Positions 13,248 through 26,347 of a stretch of DNA of 64,000 bases are shown here, piece after piece. Position 1 is the first letter of the stretch. Every line of letters begins with the position of its first letter. Location of the stretch: positions 62,001 to 126,000 of the forward strand of contig ADNK01001326.1 in the NCBI GenBank assembly GCA_000320545.1, written 5' to 3'. The translations under genes were made by a program, and so were the position numbers. The notes under the pieces are model-generated. The model was given only the letters and a program-made list of their open reading frames with translations, had not been told where the DNA came from and did not search any database. This DNA comes from Bigelowiella natans CCMP2755 (taxonomy: Eukaryota; Protista; Cercozoa).

Positions 13248-14944
13248 TTTTCTCCTTTGTAGATCACAGAACCATTAGTATTTTTGGTACAACTGTCGAA
13301 ACACTTACACCATCTCTCTATGTCTGGTTGCTCCTCATTTGAGGATGATTCTTTACGTTGCAAGTATATCACTAATATCATACTTGATCGATTCTGATAG
13401 TTGTCCCTTTAATTGTGCAAGTTCAATCTGACTGATCTATACAAATGGTAAAAGCAAGTACGGAAGAATTTCAACAGTAAGCGTAGACATTATAATAGTA
13501 CTAGAAGAGGAAGAAGAAGAATACTGTACTGGTGATGTATTAGTAATTGCAAGATACTATACCGATCCGCTCTCGATCGCTCTCATGATTTCCTCCTCTG
13601 CTAAATTCCTGATAGAAATGGAAAGTAGATCATGATGTCCATGAGGGGCAGCCATGCACGTAAACGTTTCTGATAATTCTTGTGTGATGCATCGTACGAA
13701 CAAATCCACATTAATACACAGTATCATACTTTCTTTCCCTCATTTCCCTTCTTCTCCCCTCTATGTATCTTTCCATCAAAACAAAATATGCGATGTTGGA
13801 AAGAGAGGGGAGTGCACTTTTCTGTCGCTTTGTTCAATTGTAGTTGTACACGTTGTAGCGGTGCAATTGGATGTTTACTCTTATCACCTGTCTCCTTGCT
13901 GGAACAGCTTTATTGCGCCTTCCAAAGCAGGAGAAATTTCTGGCATAACGCACAAAAAGGTGGTGGATTGTGCTAAATTAGAAATTTTATATAATCTACA
14001 CTTTGGCGGTGGTGGTGGTAGTTATTCCTATGCCTATATGCTTTCTTCACAAATTATTTACGAAATGTCTCCCTATAAGTAATGGAAGAAACAGAGAGCA
14101 CAGAGTCCAATAATAAGTTACTTAAAAATCAGCAGGAGGTAGTTGTCTGTGTTGTACATAGTAGAATAAGTAGTAGGAGCAGCAGTAGTTGTGCAATGTG
14201 TACGTGTATGTGTGTGTGTGTGCGTTTGTCTGCTTTGTTTTATACTTGGAGCAATAACGCCCGTACTGCTTGTACATCTCGTCGCTGTTGTTCCCTCCAT
14301 ATGCACCATTCTAACGAGCAAAGGAAAGGTTTGGAGGTTAGATGAAAGGAAAGGAGAGGGGGGGGGATTACATTACTTGTCACGGCCTGTTTTATTCTTC
14401 TCTTCCTGCTCGTATATTGATTTTTCCGGTAAATGATCGTTATCGAGACGAGATGCGTTGAAGTTTTGCGTTTGTTCATCATTATCATCTTGCCCTTTGG
14501 TGTTATCTCGGTTTTCGTCGCCAAAAGTATAACCTTCTAGCAGCCAATATTAGTTGTCACTATGACTTACACAGTAAGCAAAAATGGAGGAGGAAGACGG
14601 GGGTATGGAAGACGATTTCACCTACCTTCATCTTCTCCCTCTTCTTCTTCGTCCGGAATATTACCAAAATATTCGTCGTAGTTTTGAGGAGTAGTCAAAG
14701 GTCTGTAAGTAAAATAGAACAACCGCAACAACAACAAGAACACCTGAATGAATTAACGGGGACATAGAGGGAGCAAAACAAACATGGATATATTACGCAT
14801 TGGTGAATATAGGTTGATACCGTTTGGTGCAAGGGTTATCTATCTTCCAATTGGGATATCTATATGATGATAATAATGATGAAGAAGAATACGATGATGA
14901 AGATTGCGATGATATACTCCTAAAACGAATATACTACTACTACA

Positions 14945-14978
<34 letters not shown>

Positions 14979-17900
14979 ACTACTACTTACTCCTACTTAC
15001 TACTATTACTACAGAAGAGAACAAGAAGAGATATGAGGGGAAAAAAGCAGCAAATATCAAATTACGCTCATGCCACAATAAGATAGGCATCGTCTTCGTT
15101 GTCGTTGAAGCACACACGCACACACACATATTGATCAATTTGGTTCACATAACCCTGAAAAGTTCTTGGGCGTTTCCACAGATTGCAGCCTGCGGGGGGG
15201 GGATCCTATTGAAGTGGGAAAACAGAAAAAGAAATGTTTGACAACGATTACTGCTGCTGCTACTACTACTACTACTACTACTCCCCTTGCATTGTGATAC
15301 TTCTTTACTTACAGGTGGATTATCCTGTCTACGTCTATTTCTTTTCATAAAGATATGTCGCTACTACTCGTCAGTATTATACTGCTGCTGTATATACCAA
15401 GTGCTGCTCGTAGGTTTGTCACAAAGGAGTTGGCTGAACAAGGCAGCAATTAGTTTTATCCAGAAACAAGTAAGTAGACCAACGAAACAAGAATATGATG
15501 CTGCAGGTTGCATTTCGGAGTAGTAATTGAGAAAAAGAAAAGAAAAACCTGGCTCAAGCAAGCCTTCTCCAAATGAATAAGGACGAAAGAAGCTTATTGA
15601 CTGATTTAGAAGAGGAGGAAAAAAATTATGAAACGAAGTACCAATATTATCCACCAACATATCAGCATCATTATCACCATCATCATCGTCATCGTCATCA
15701 TCTTACACGGATTGGGTTGTGCAGGTCGTTCCAATCTTGCCCGACGAGGTTGATTTGGAATCCCCATCTTTTTCATGAGCAAATAAGTAACCAAGTAAGT
15801 AAGGGGAAGCAGGAGGAGAAGAAGAAGGAGGGGGGGGATGAGGGAGGAGGAGGAGGAGGAGGAGGAGGAGGAGGAGGAGGAGGAGGAGGAGGGAGAGGAT
15901 AGTCACATAATGTCAGCAATGAATTAGATAGTTGGCAGCATAAGAAAGAGTAGATTTCGTTAGGTATTTTTCGTTGAGTTTTATTTTCATCATGGTAGAA
16001 AGAAAATATACTGCTACTACTACACACTACTGGAACTTCTGATACTAGTACTGTTGGTATGCGATAATTATGGGAACAACTTCTAATACTAGTACTGTTG
16101 GTATGCGATAATTATGGGAAAGCGCCCCCCCTTCTTGACGTCCGGTTCACCTTATGGTGGTGGGTGCACAATGTTAATAGCGATTAATATTTATAATAAA
16201 CCATACACCACCACCACCACCACCACCATTTTTTTACATACACCAAGAAGAAGAGGAGCAACTACTACCACTACTACTACTACTACTACCACCACTACTG
16301 TTACCACAACTAAAACAACTACTACTTATCCTACCAAATTCAGCAACAATATCCGGTCCCACTTGGTCGAGAGTTACATTATAAGGAAGAGGACGTCTAG
16401 ATATTGTTATTGTTGTTGTAGTGATTGTTGGTTTTAACAGTGGTGCACGTGGATAAATCTACGCGAGTATATAGCATGCATGTATGTGAATCATAATTTT
16501 GTTGCATGTACCACCACCGCCACCATGCAACAATGAATGGTCATCATGACGATCAACCTACTCCCCACAGATGATGTGTGTGATATGACAATCAAGTAAT
16601 CTTCTCTCTGCAACACTACTCGTATCTGGAGAATCCCTTGCAATGATTGTAGACCGTGATCAGAGAAAGCCGAAACTCGCCTTTCCTATCCGCTTCAAAA
16701 CTTAACGAAATTCCGTTTAAACGGTAATTTCTGCAAGTAACAATGAGAGAAATGAGCACCCGATTCTTCTTCTAAATAATATCTGCGTTAGAGACTACTA
16801 CTAGTGACACTATGACTATCACTGATACTACCTATAATGGCAACCCTCAAAACTACGTGTGTCGGTCGGATTTACGGAAGTGGGAATGCCGATGGCCTCT
16901 CGCAACTGTTAAAATTCAAAACGAAGAGAGATCAACGAACAAAATGGTGAGATTTTTAGGAAGGGATTAGTTTTCTTTGAAACAAATAGCGAGTCTAACT
17001 AATTGAATATAGTATGCTCGTCATCTTAACCTTTTCATTAAGTTGGCTCATCTTCAATCCTAAGACGAAGTAGAATGGATGGCTCCTTCAAAAAGAAATT
17101 TACTATCTCAAAACCTTTTTTACAATAAATTATGATTGAACAACCAATCTAAACCTGATTATTTCCTCTCTAGGCGGACAAGTCTTCATTTTTGTTCTGG
17201 GTTTTCTCAAACTGAAAGAAATGTGATCTCTTTTCAAAATGAAGATAGACAATAGGAAGAGGCGATTTAAATTGTTATATAAATTAGATACTGGTTTCTA
17301 TCGATAATGGCGTCGGCGAAACGTTGCGAGCCGAACTCAGATTTTAGCTTTTCAGAAGTTCCATCAGGTGCTTGTTTCCTGTATTTAAACCTTCTTCTTT
17401 CAGTTTGCTTTCGAGTAAAGAACAGAAATAAATGAACTAACGTACAGTGACGACAGTATGGAAGAGTTGACTATCCTCATTATACCATCTGCGAGAACAA
17501 CAATACGTGATACAACATATATTCTTGATGCAACACTCAAACAAAAAAAGAGTTCAAACTCAGCTTGTTAACCTTGAAACGAGATTTTCGTACTTCGAAA
17601 GCCACCCCTAGATTGAAATGGGTCTGCAAAATCCTGCAGCAAGCCAAAAGGATGAAAATTATGTAAATCGATGCGTGAGATGAAGTAGTGCGAGCAGTAC
17701 TGCTAGGATTGTTTGTTAAACATGAAAACAACCCATGGAGCCTTCCAGTCCTCTGGATGCAATGGCAATTCACCGGGATCTGGAGAATTGATGCCTTGAA
17801 GAAAACTACCTCTCATCGAATGTTGCAATGAACTAGAATTGCTCCTTCCTGGATGATGAATAGTTGGAATGGCACCGAGGAGGCCAGCCGGCAAGCTGTG

Positions 17901-18163
17901 CGCATGTGAGATTGCTGATGCGGCGGTTGCACGAGAGAACGTCCCTTCCCTGCCATGCCTCTCATATTTCTTGTTTTCATCAACACTCCACCATGTGTGT
18001 CTCCGACACAGCAGTACGAATGTCATCAATGCAAGGAGCCTGTTGTTTAAATGAGCAATAACCATTCATTTCTGGTTGATGAACGCGCACACTAACTGCA
18101 CCTAATTTCACCACACCTGAACTCAGTCCATCGCCGAGGCGATGTTATCCGAGTTCTGCGCAT
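12715..18163 (-). CDS. Multi-exon (about 20 exons) protein of unknown function: signal-like leader, globular middle domain, coiled-coil C-terminus
   Basis: Consecutive GT-AG exons join in frame: MRRTRITSPRRWTEF|RLLALMTFVLLC...DP|DPFQSRGG..|DGIMRIV..|KQAPDG..|HLRKPR..|SHPFYFVLGL..|LREAIGIP..|NYRLNGISLSFE..|RPLPYNVT..|GEPDVKKGGRFPIIIAYQ|WGFQINLVGQDWNDLHNPIR|SISFFRP... It ends QKMDEWLKG|YVTRKT...DGFV*. One junction near 14.85-15.15 kb is unresolved. Confidence 0.75.
16034..16120. repeat. Tandem duplication of a 43-bp segment spanning an exon end and its splice donor
   Basis: aacttct(g/a)atactagtactgttggtatgcgataattatgggaa at 16034-16076 and 16078-16120, with one mismatch. Confidence 0.95.
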
Positions 18164-18304
18164 GCGTTCCTCCTCCTCCAGCTCCTTTTCCTCCTCCTCC
18201 TCATTAATAATTGAAGAATATGATCGTTTGAAATTTGAAAGTAGTCATGTTAGGGTAGTTCCTTGACCAATAAGGTCTTCCCAGTCTAGATCTAAAAATA
18301 GAAC

Positions 18305-18305
<1 letters not shown>

Positions 18306-18372
<67 letters not shown>
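18306..18372. repeat. (GTT)n microsatellite in a divergent promoter region
   Basis: Uninterrupted tgt/gtt run. Confidence 0.95.
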
Positions 18373-18373
<1 letters not shown>

Positions 18374-18552
18374 CGTAATTGTTGTCGGATTAAACTTGAA
18401 ACTCTACCAAATCCTACACTCCTCCCCTCCTCCTGGTGCTGCGATGTTGTGTAACGCACAAAAGAAGGGAGAGGAGAGAAACGATCGGAAAAGAGGCTGG
18501 GATTGAAGTCAACTTTAGGGACGAAAGGGTGAACAGAGGTTACTTAGCGAAG

Positions 18553-20349
18553 ATGTCAGGTATATTGATGATTTGAGCAAAAATGCTGAATCGAGCACAT
18601 TTGAATAGTTGCAAACTTGTGTCGTTGATATTCAACTAGACCCCCCCTCAAGATGGGAGCAGCTCTACAGTCGAGCTTTCTCAGGCAGCGTGGACTATGA
18701 GGAAAGTCTTGATCGAGAAGACGTATCCGGTCAGGATGGTAGCTTCGATGATGAGGAAGTCGATGCATTTCTTGAGGTCAGCTCAGAGACAATTAATATT
18801 TTATCATGCGTGCTGCGGAAATCACTTAATCTCAGTTTATTCGTGTTTGGATAAAAAGAAAATTAATGCGGAATCTCGGAAGTCTAGAGCTGAAGATGGC
18901 AAAAATGCTCGCAGGTCCAAAGTCTCTAAGCTCTTCAAGAAAGACAAGACTAATTGCAAGACACGAAACATCGTTGCTAGAGATGGAAACATTGATATCC
19001 TGGAAAATGTGTATACAATGGAGTCAGAACCTAGCCATCTGCGCCTCAAGAATCCGTTGACAAAGTCGTCTCCACACATTAAAAACGACTCCAAACAATT
19101 CTCGTTAAGTATGAGCAATGGAATGCTGAGAAGCATCGTGAAACGGCAACATAAGCACACCACTCATGGGGCTCGAATTAGCAGAAATGCATCATTACAG
19201 CGCAGTAACCGCAGCAGCGTGGTTTCCGCAAACAGGAGTTTATCTCGGAAAATGGGATACGAAGCTGACAATCGCAAGAGCTTGCACAGACATGTCCCAC
19301 CTGCTCGACAACTGCGAGAAAGAACATTTAGGAAGACTAAGAAACAGCAGGCAACAGAGAGGGGTAGCAAACGCAAGGTAAGGATATCGCCGCCACCACG
19401 GCGAGAGTCCAAATTAGATCGTCTGCGAAAGCGCACGGAAGCGTGGACAAAGGCTGAGATGGTAGCAATACAATTTCGTATCCTCGTCGTCAAGCGGAAC
19501 AACCTCTCAAACATGCGCAAGCATTGCAAATTAAGGCAGCTACGACGAAGAGTTGCAGTCGAGGGGTTAAATAAGCTGCGGGCTTCACTCTGTTTAAAGA
19601 ATGCGTGGTCAAGATGGAAGGAGAACAAAATTTTGGCAGCAACGTCACGAGCAAAGCGAGAACAGGAGCAAAAGGATGCGCTAGAGAGGGCAGTACAGGC
19701 AGAGGCAAAACAGAAGCAACTTGAAGAGAGGGAACGTGCGCTTGCCTTGAAAAGGGACAAGGAGCTCGAAAAACGATTCGGGGTGTTCAACAGAGTGAAA
19801 AAGGCTGGCATGTTGAGGAAAATCTTCTTATGCTGGAGTAGGAACGCTGCCGCCAGACGAGAAGAGTCGAATTTTATGATGGTACGAAATCAACGACGAG
19901 CTCAAATGGACGCCTTAGTGTCAACTCTACTCAATCCTTCTCTCATTCCTCTGACGAGCAATCCATCTCCCCTAACAACACAAAAAAAACAGCAGCACGC
20001 AAACGATAGGATGAATATCACACCACCAGGAAATGATAAAAAAGAAGTAGGGAAGAAGAAGATGAAGAAGAAGAAAACATCAGGACGTCCAAGTAAACTT
20101 ATCAATCTCGATAGTAAGGCTGTTGCTGATGGCGGTAGTGATAGCCTTGATACTAAAAGGAGGAGGGGGAGGAGGAGGGTTGACGAGCAGGCTCTTGATG
20201 ATAATTCCCGAAAACAACATAAGATCCAACATAGTAAGCACGGAAGCCAAAAACAACATCCTAATTCTAGAAAAAGAGCACTTGGAAACAAGAAGAAAGA
20301 AGCTTCACTCTTAGCAGGAACTCAGCGGCAACAACAACAAATTCATCAT

Positions 20350-20380
<31 letters not shown>

Positions 20381-21405
20381 GCACGACTACTACAACAACA
20401 ACAACTACTAAAGTGTTCGATGATCGCGCAGTCGTTCCTACCAATCCTCCTTCCCTCTCCATGAAGAAATCACCGTCTGTGTTGATTACTGAAGCCACGA
20501 TACTAGCAAAAATGCAAGAAAGGGCAGAGAAAAGACGGTTACGAAGAGAAGAACTCAAGTTACAGTACGACAAGAGAATGGCAGAGAAGCGAAGGAATGA
20601 CGAAAGTGAGAAGCATCGAATCGAGGCAGAGAAACTGGCTAAGGCAAGGGCATTGCGGCGGCAGCGTTTGGATAAGGCAAATCGAGCAAAGAGGAGGAGG
20701 GAACGCGCGTTGCGGCTAAAGCAACTTGCGGAGCAGAAGTGGGCTCTCGCTGAGTTACACCATGTTCGTGCCAATATGATCTTCCGCGGATGGCTACCCT
20801 GGAAGTGGCTTGTAGAAAGAAGTAACGCTACCCTTCGCAGAGCAGATAAGCATCATACCAATAAGCTTTGCAAAACTGTGATATCCAGGTGGAAAGAACG
20901 ACTTGAGTCCTCTCGTCAGCACAAGAATCATATAGCTAACAGACACCGCCTGCATACGTTGTTTTCTGCGTTCAGGAAATTTGCCCTTAAACAGAGTCAT
21001 GCCCGATCACTCGCATGGCAGCATTACTGCAAAAGCTTGCTTCACTTAAGTATGGTTGTCTGGAAAAGGGCTTTCAAACACAAAAAGGATGTCAAAGATG
21101 CTGAAACCTCCCGGTTGGAGCAACGTGCTGACTCCTTTTACAACAGTCATCTCCTCCATCGTGCAATTCAAATGTGGACAAATGTACGAGACCAACAGAA
21201 ACTAGAGAAGGAGCAGAATCAGAGGTATACTGAGCTTAAGTTAAAAGTTAATGGCTGGCTCTCCGAGCTGCAAAGCGCAAAGGACGGGAAGTCGACTGAA
21301 AATAGTGAGTCTCGTCTCTTGTTAAATTTAGATCAAGCAATAGACATAGGAGAATCTTGTGACCTTGATAGCAATCTAATGGTGGATCCTTTTTTCCCTA
21401 GTTGA
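18553..21405 (+). CDS. CCDC191: CCDC191 (KIAA1407)-like coiled-coil protein with Sfi1-like repeats
   Basis: The long exon contains KMQERAEKRRLRREEL..., WALAELHH...GWLPWKWL and periodic A..H....L......W repeats typical of CCDC191/Sfi1-like proteins. Probable 5' exons MS|DPPSRWEQ splice into the long ORF. Confidence 0.65.
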
Positions 21406-21439
21406 TTTTTCTAGCTTGTGCTGTGTTCAAAGCAATTTA

Positions 21440-22205
21440 TGAGACGGGTGTAATGAAATGATTATATTTTTTAAAATTGTCATCCTAATGTAGCCATGCT
21501 AGCATGCAAAGCGGCGGCTGCAGCGCTAATATTGTATTTGTTTTTTACGTTTCGGCGATTATATTGTGCATATCTGTTTTTGAGTGTGTCATTTGTAGCG
21601 CGCGCATTGTAGCATGCATGATTTGATGGTATGAGTAAATGTAATTTCAAAACTACTATCTTTGGATTTAATTACATGCTCACACGATTTCATGGAACAG
21701 TGATGTGCTCTAGTGCTGCGGTAGTGCCGTGCCTCTCATATCTAGACACATGTATTGTGTCTGTTGTCTGTTGATGCTAGACTACTAGAATGTGCATGCA
21801 TGCAAATGTGCGTTCTGTGTGTCTAGACGTCTGCTAGACACACGCTATTATCTATCTGCCACACACACAGCTAGCTAGCTAGACAGCCAGGTCCTGGACT
21901 AGCTAGCATGACATGTGAAGCTCTACCACCACGTGCGCACATCTGACATGCACGTCAATCGCACGCACAGTCTCGCTTCCCTTCATCGTTGGCACTCTAG
22001 CTAGCACTGTAGTTAAGCTGGTGCTCTGCACAGTTACGTAGGCTAGTAGGGATGACAATTGAAGGTCATGCCAATGAACGAGACATGCTAGCGCATGGTG
22101 ACATCATGCATGCTAGCATGTGTTACACATGTCAGGAGACACATTCGTAATAGACATAGTAACATCACACAATGCACACATAACATGTACACACACACAC
22201 ACACA

Positions 22206-22250
<45 letters not shown>

Positions 22251-22426
22251 GTATATACATATTACGTTGTCTACACGCTACAATTATATTTACACATACA
22301 CATGTATGCATACATATACTTACATATGCACACAGATACAACATAGGCGCTGTAGCCGCTGCTTTGCACATAGCTGCATTAGGATGACTGTTGAAAAGAT
22401 TTAATCAGATGGTTACATCCGTTTCA
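21440..22426. mobile_element. Non-autonomous DNA transposon (MITE-like), copy A, ~100-bp imperfect TIRs, TA on both flanks
   Basis: Left end TA|tgagacgggtgtaatgaaatg...gtcatcctaatgtagc...ggctgcagcgct. Right end gcgctgtagccgc...gcattaggatgac...ttacatccgtttca|TA. No coding capacity. Confidence 0.85.
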
Positions 22427-22439
22427 TATGAATATGTAC

Positions 22440-22503
<64 letters not shown>

Positions 22504-22506
<3 letters not shown>

Positions 22507-22551
22507 GTATGACAATTGAAAAGATTTAATCACTTCATTACATCTTTCTCA
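22504..22551. mobile_element. Extra truncated right TIR of the same MITE family
   Basis: ttagtatgacaattgaaaagatttaatcacttcattacatctttctca|tg matches the terminal ~48 bp of the TIR consensus. Confidence 0.7.
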
Positions 22552-22612
22552 TGTGTATGTGTGTGTTTGTGAATTATATGGAGTGCTACTGGTTTATCAA
22601 TCTATGGTAAAT

Positions 22613-24337
22613 TCACGTTACCAGTCTGCGTACACATTCGTGAAGAATGACTAATCTATGTACTGCACTTATCTCGCTACTAATTCTTGAATGTTTTTTT
22701 CTTTTAACTTGACCCATTTATCCGAGACGATTCTGACTCCGAACACAGAACGAACAAGGACGTTTTGCTGACTCATCCTAAATTAAATTGGTGCTTATTT
22801 GTACTGAAAAAGAATGTAGTATTTACGAATTTCGAGGTACCATGTATGCTGTTTTAATAATCCATCTTCTGTGATTGTCAACTGTGTCCATTTTTGCAGC
22901 TGGTGATCCCAATATACCTTATTATTTTCATTGTCAAAGATTCTAACAGTGTGCTATTGCTTAGGCACCACGATGCTCTTCACCGTGATCTTCCTCCTCC
23001 TCATCATCATCATCAATATCATCATCATCATCATCAGTATCATCCCAAACTTGAGTGATATACCGCTGGGCAGCATTCATGGCCCCAGTAGTCCATTTCG
23101 AGTGGTACGGATATCAATTCGATAAGTTTATCATTGTCTAATATAAGGATGATCTTCACATCCAATTGAATCTTCCGTACATATCTCACTCCGTTTTCAG
23201 TTTTCGTGAATTTACTTTTCACATCACGGAGGAAGTAAGAGGAACGAGCCCCGAAGTGTGCGTAGTCGTGGAAGGAGTAAAAGCTGCTTCCGATATCATC
23301 ATAATCATCTTTTTCACCATAACTTGCACTTTTAGACTCTTCTTTTGCTTCAACTAGCATGCTCTCCCCACCACTAGCTATGTTTCTATTGTTTCCATTT
23401 TCTAAGCCCATATCAGCTTTTGCGTGCATCGGTATGGATATGAGAATGGGAGCATGAGTAGAGGCATTGCACCGATCAACAAACAGCGACAAAGACATTG
23501 GAATTCCGTGCAAGTAGAACTGCTTTGATGTTACTTCGGCTTTGAGGTCCCAGCCCATCAAATGAGTGACTCTATTGGGAATCTCAGCATAGAATTTGTC
23601 GTACTCGTTCGGTATGAGATCGATGCAGTGGGCTACACATCGAGCTCTTTTTAGAATAGTATCACGGATCATCATCCGATCATTGGGATTGTCTTCGCTG
23701 CACTGAATCATGTGTGAATTTACTCCTTCGATTTGAATGACTCGACAGCCCCTATTAAAGAAATAGAGAGGGGGTATCATCGAAAGAGGGGGGAGTGTAA
23801 GAAGAAGTCAATGGAGGAGGAATAGAGCACCAGAGGAGGAGGGTGACAAATAGTCATATAGTACTATCATATTAATTGTTGGTATAACATTTACGCGAAG
23901 CAATGTGCAAGTTCGTTCCAGAAGGCCTCTGTAGCTCTAGAATTAGCTCCCAGGCACAGGTTTTTGAATCTAAAGCCAAATCTCATGGAAAGCACATCTC
24001 TCTTCACCCTCACATCTGATGCAAGGCGAAGAAATCGCTTCGAGACTAGGGGAACCATCCTTCCGATTTCTGCTAACGTCAAATATTTTGCACATATGTG
24101 CAGCCATATATTGTCGGGTATCCTAGGCCTGGTGTCATTGATAAAGTCACTTCTTTCTACAGCGTGCCACCGCCTTCTAACACGACGGCGGCGTTTATGT
24201 GATCGAAAGCCTTCTCCCTCTGTCTCGCTTATGCCGTCGCCGTTCTTGCGACGACGACAACGACGACGAATGTCATGTGGAATTCTGGTTACGCATTGGT
24301 GCTTCCAAAGTGTCGGGAGGGGGGATGGGAGCTCCAT
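22613..24337 (-). CDS. F-box domain protein (multi-exon)
   Basis: RIPDNIWLHICAKYLTLAEIGRMVPLVSKRFLRLASD is an F-box consensus. A large exon lies within 23040-23780, and three small 3' exons join in frame to TGA at 22613. Confidence 0.75.
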
Positions 24338-25258
24338 TATTCTTCTCCCACGGAGGTATTTGAGTTTATTGTCGCTACCATTTGTTGACTATCTACTGTC
24401 ATCCAGTAAAAATGATCTTATGTAGTTGCTGTACGTACGATAACAGCAGCCTGACGCCTGACTACTTTTCCTCCTCCTCCTCTCATCATCATAGTCATTG
24501 GCAGTAGATCAATACCGACGATGACGATGACGAGCTTGCTCCTGGGAATATCGATTGTTAGGAGTACAGGAGGAAGGAATAAGAAACACAACACAGGGGG
24601 TTTCTAGGGCTACGTCTTGATGATAATCATGATAATCATGATGATGATGATGATGATGATGACCTTTTGGTGCACACAGCTAGACAGACCTATCATCCAT
24701 CATCACTTTCAATCATCCGTCATGCGAGCTCCTCCTGCTGAAATGAATCATAATGCAACTGTTGTCGACCAAATAACCAAGATTTCTTTTAAACGACACA
24801 CTTCTAATCACATCGAAGAACGAAATACCCTACATTTTTATTGCCGTCAAAGATTTCGTGAAATAATTTTATTATCATGCGAGCGACGCTGAGCGTGCAG
24901 TACTTATTATATTTAAGATAGAAAGTGGCTCAGGTGTTGTCGTACCTAAGAAACAGTCTACACTGAAGTTGCAGAATGTAATTTTTCTGTTTCAGTTGTC
25001 GCAGGGGAATAATTACCTGCATTTCTGTTCGCGGGAAACAATACGTGTTGTACGGATGATGGTGATGGGGTGGGCAAAGCTCCTCAGTTGCGAACTTCCG
25101 AACCAGCTGCAAGTTGCAAGCTGCTGATGATGGCATCCTACTAGGATGATGGCCAGAACACGAATTTCGGTGGAACGTTAGACTTCTTCATGATCCAAAT
25201 AAGTTCTCCTTCTTACAAGTAAATCCTGTTAACTCCAGCACTTGCCTCGTTCTGTACT

Positions 25259-25581
25259 ATGATGGCAAAGCTAGGAAGCCAAGAGCTGCGATGTCATTTC
25301 ATGCGTAGGATTGCAGCGCTTCTGGGTATTATCATATTGGTGGCTCATAGTGGTCACAATAGAACACCAAATAGACCAACAGACAAACGAGATCCCAGGC
25401 TGCGTTACCAGGGTTCCTTTGAGGCAGCAACATCGACAGGAGCGGGGGGAGAGAGAACACGAGCAAGGGGGGGCTGGAGGGTGTCTGCCTATCCAAATAG
25501 AAGAATTTTAGAAGGCAATTCAGTAGAGACGGATAGGAGCACAGCTTCTATTGCGACAAACAGTAGAATCAACTACACACA

Positions 25582-25614
<33 letters not shown>

Positions 25615-26280
25615 AAGAGTGATGCTACAACACTTAAAGAAGAGCGGCCAGCATAGCAGTACCCGCGAAGATCCATCGTCCCCCTGTTCTTATTTGTCTG
25701 GAGCAGCTTTAACTGAGAAAGCTATTCTGAAAATAGTGGAGGTTGACTCAGTGACTTCAAAGCCAAGACTGGTTTCTACCAAACAACTTGAGGAGAAGAG
25801 TAGTAGTAATCTCTTGAAAGATGATCTTCTTCCCATTCCCGTCATATTAAGTATTGGAAGAGGTGCTTCTGGCTTGAAGATGTTAGGCAGAATCTACGGG
25901 GATAGCAGTCCTTCATCTTTGGATATGGAGATGAAGAAGCAACCTGATAATGATGATAGAGAGAGAGAGAAAGAGAAGACCACGCAAGGCGCGTTATATA
26001 CGTGGAGAGTCCGGTACCACACGCATTTCACATGTATAGCCACTCAGAGTTTGCAAACTTATTATTCTATCACACATAGAGGCCACAATGGCGGATCATG
26101 TCTTATCCTTCACGCAGATCTGGACCAGATAAGGTGTAGTTGTTTGGGAATTACCACTACTACTCATAGTTCAAGAAGGAGCAGTTTTTATCTAACCATA
26201 CGATGCGATGTCATTCCTAGCTATCATATAGATTGTGATATTGTATTTAGTTTTTTTGAACTATTTTATGTCTAGATCAG

Positions 26281-26347
<67 letters not shown>

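Noticed and set aside
16837-17570. Apparent plus-strand spliced gene starting MATLKTT
   Set aside because: Exon phases fail on +, whereas minus-strand exons over the same interval join in frame.
18837-21000. Several long minus-strand ORFs
   Set aside because: Antisense shadows of the CCDC191-like exon.
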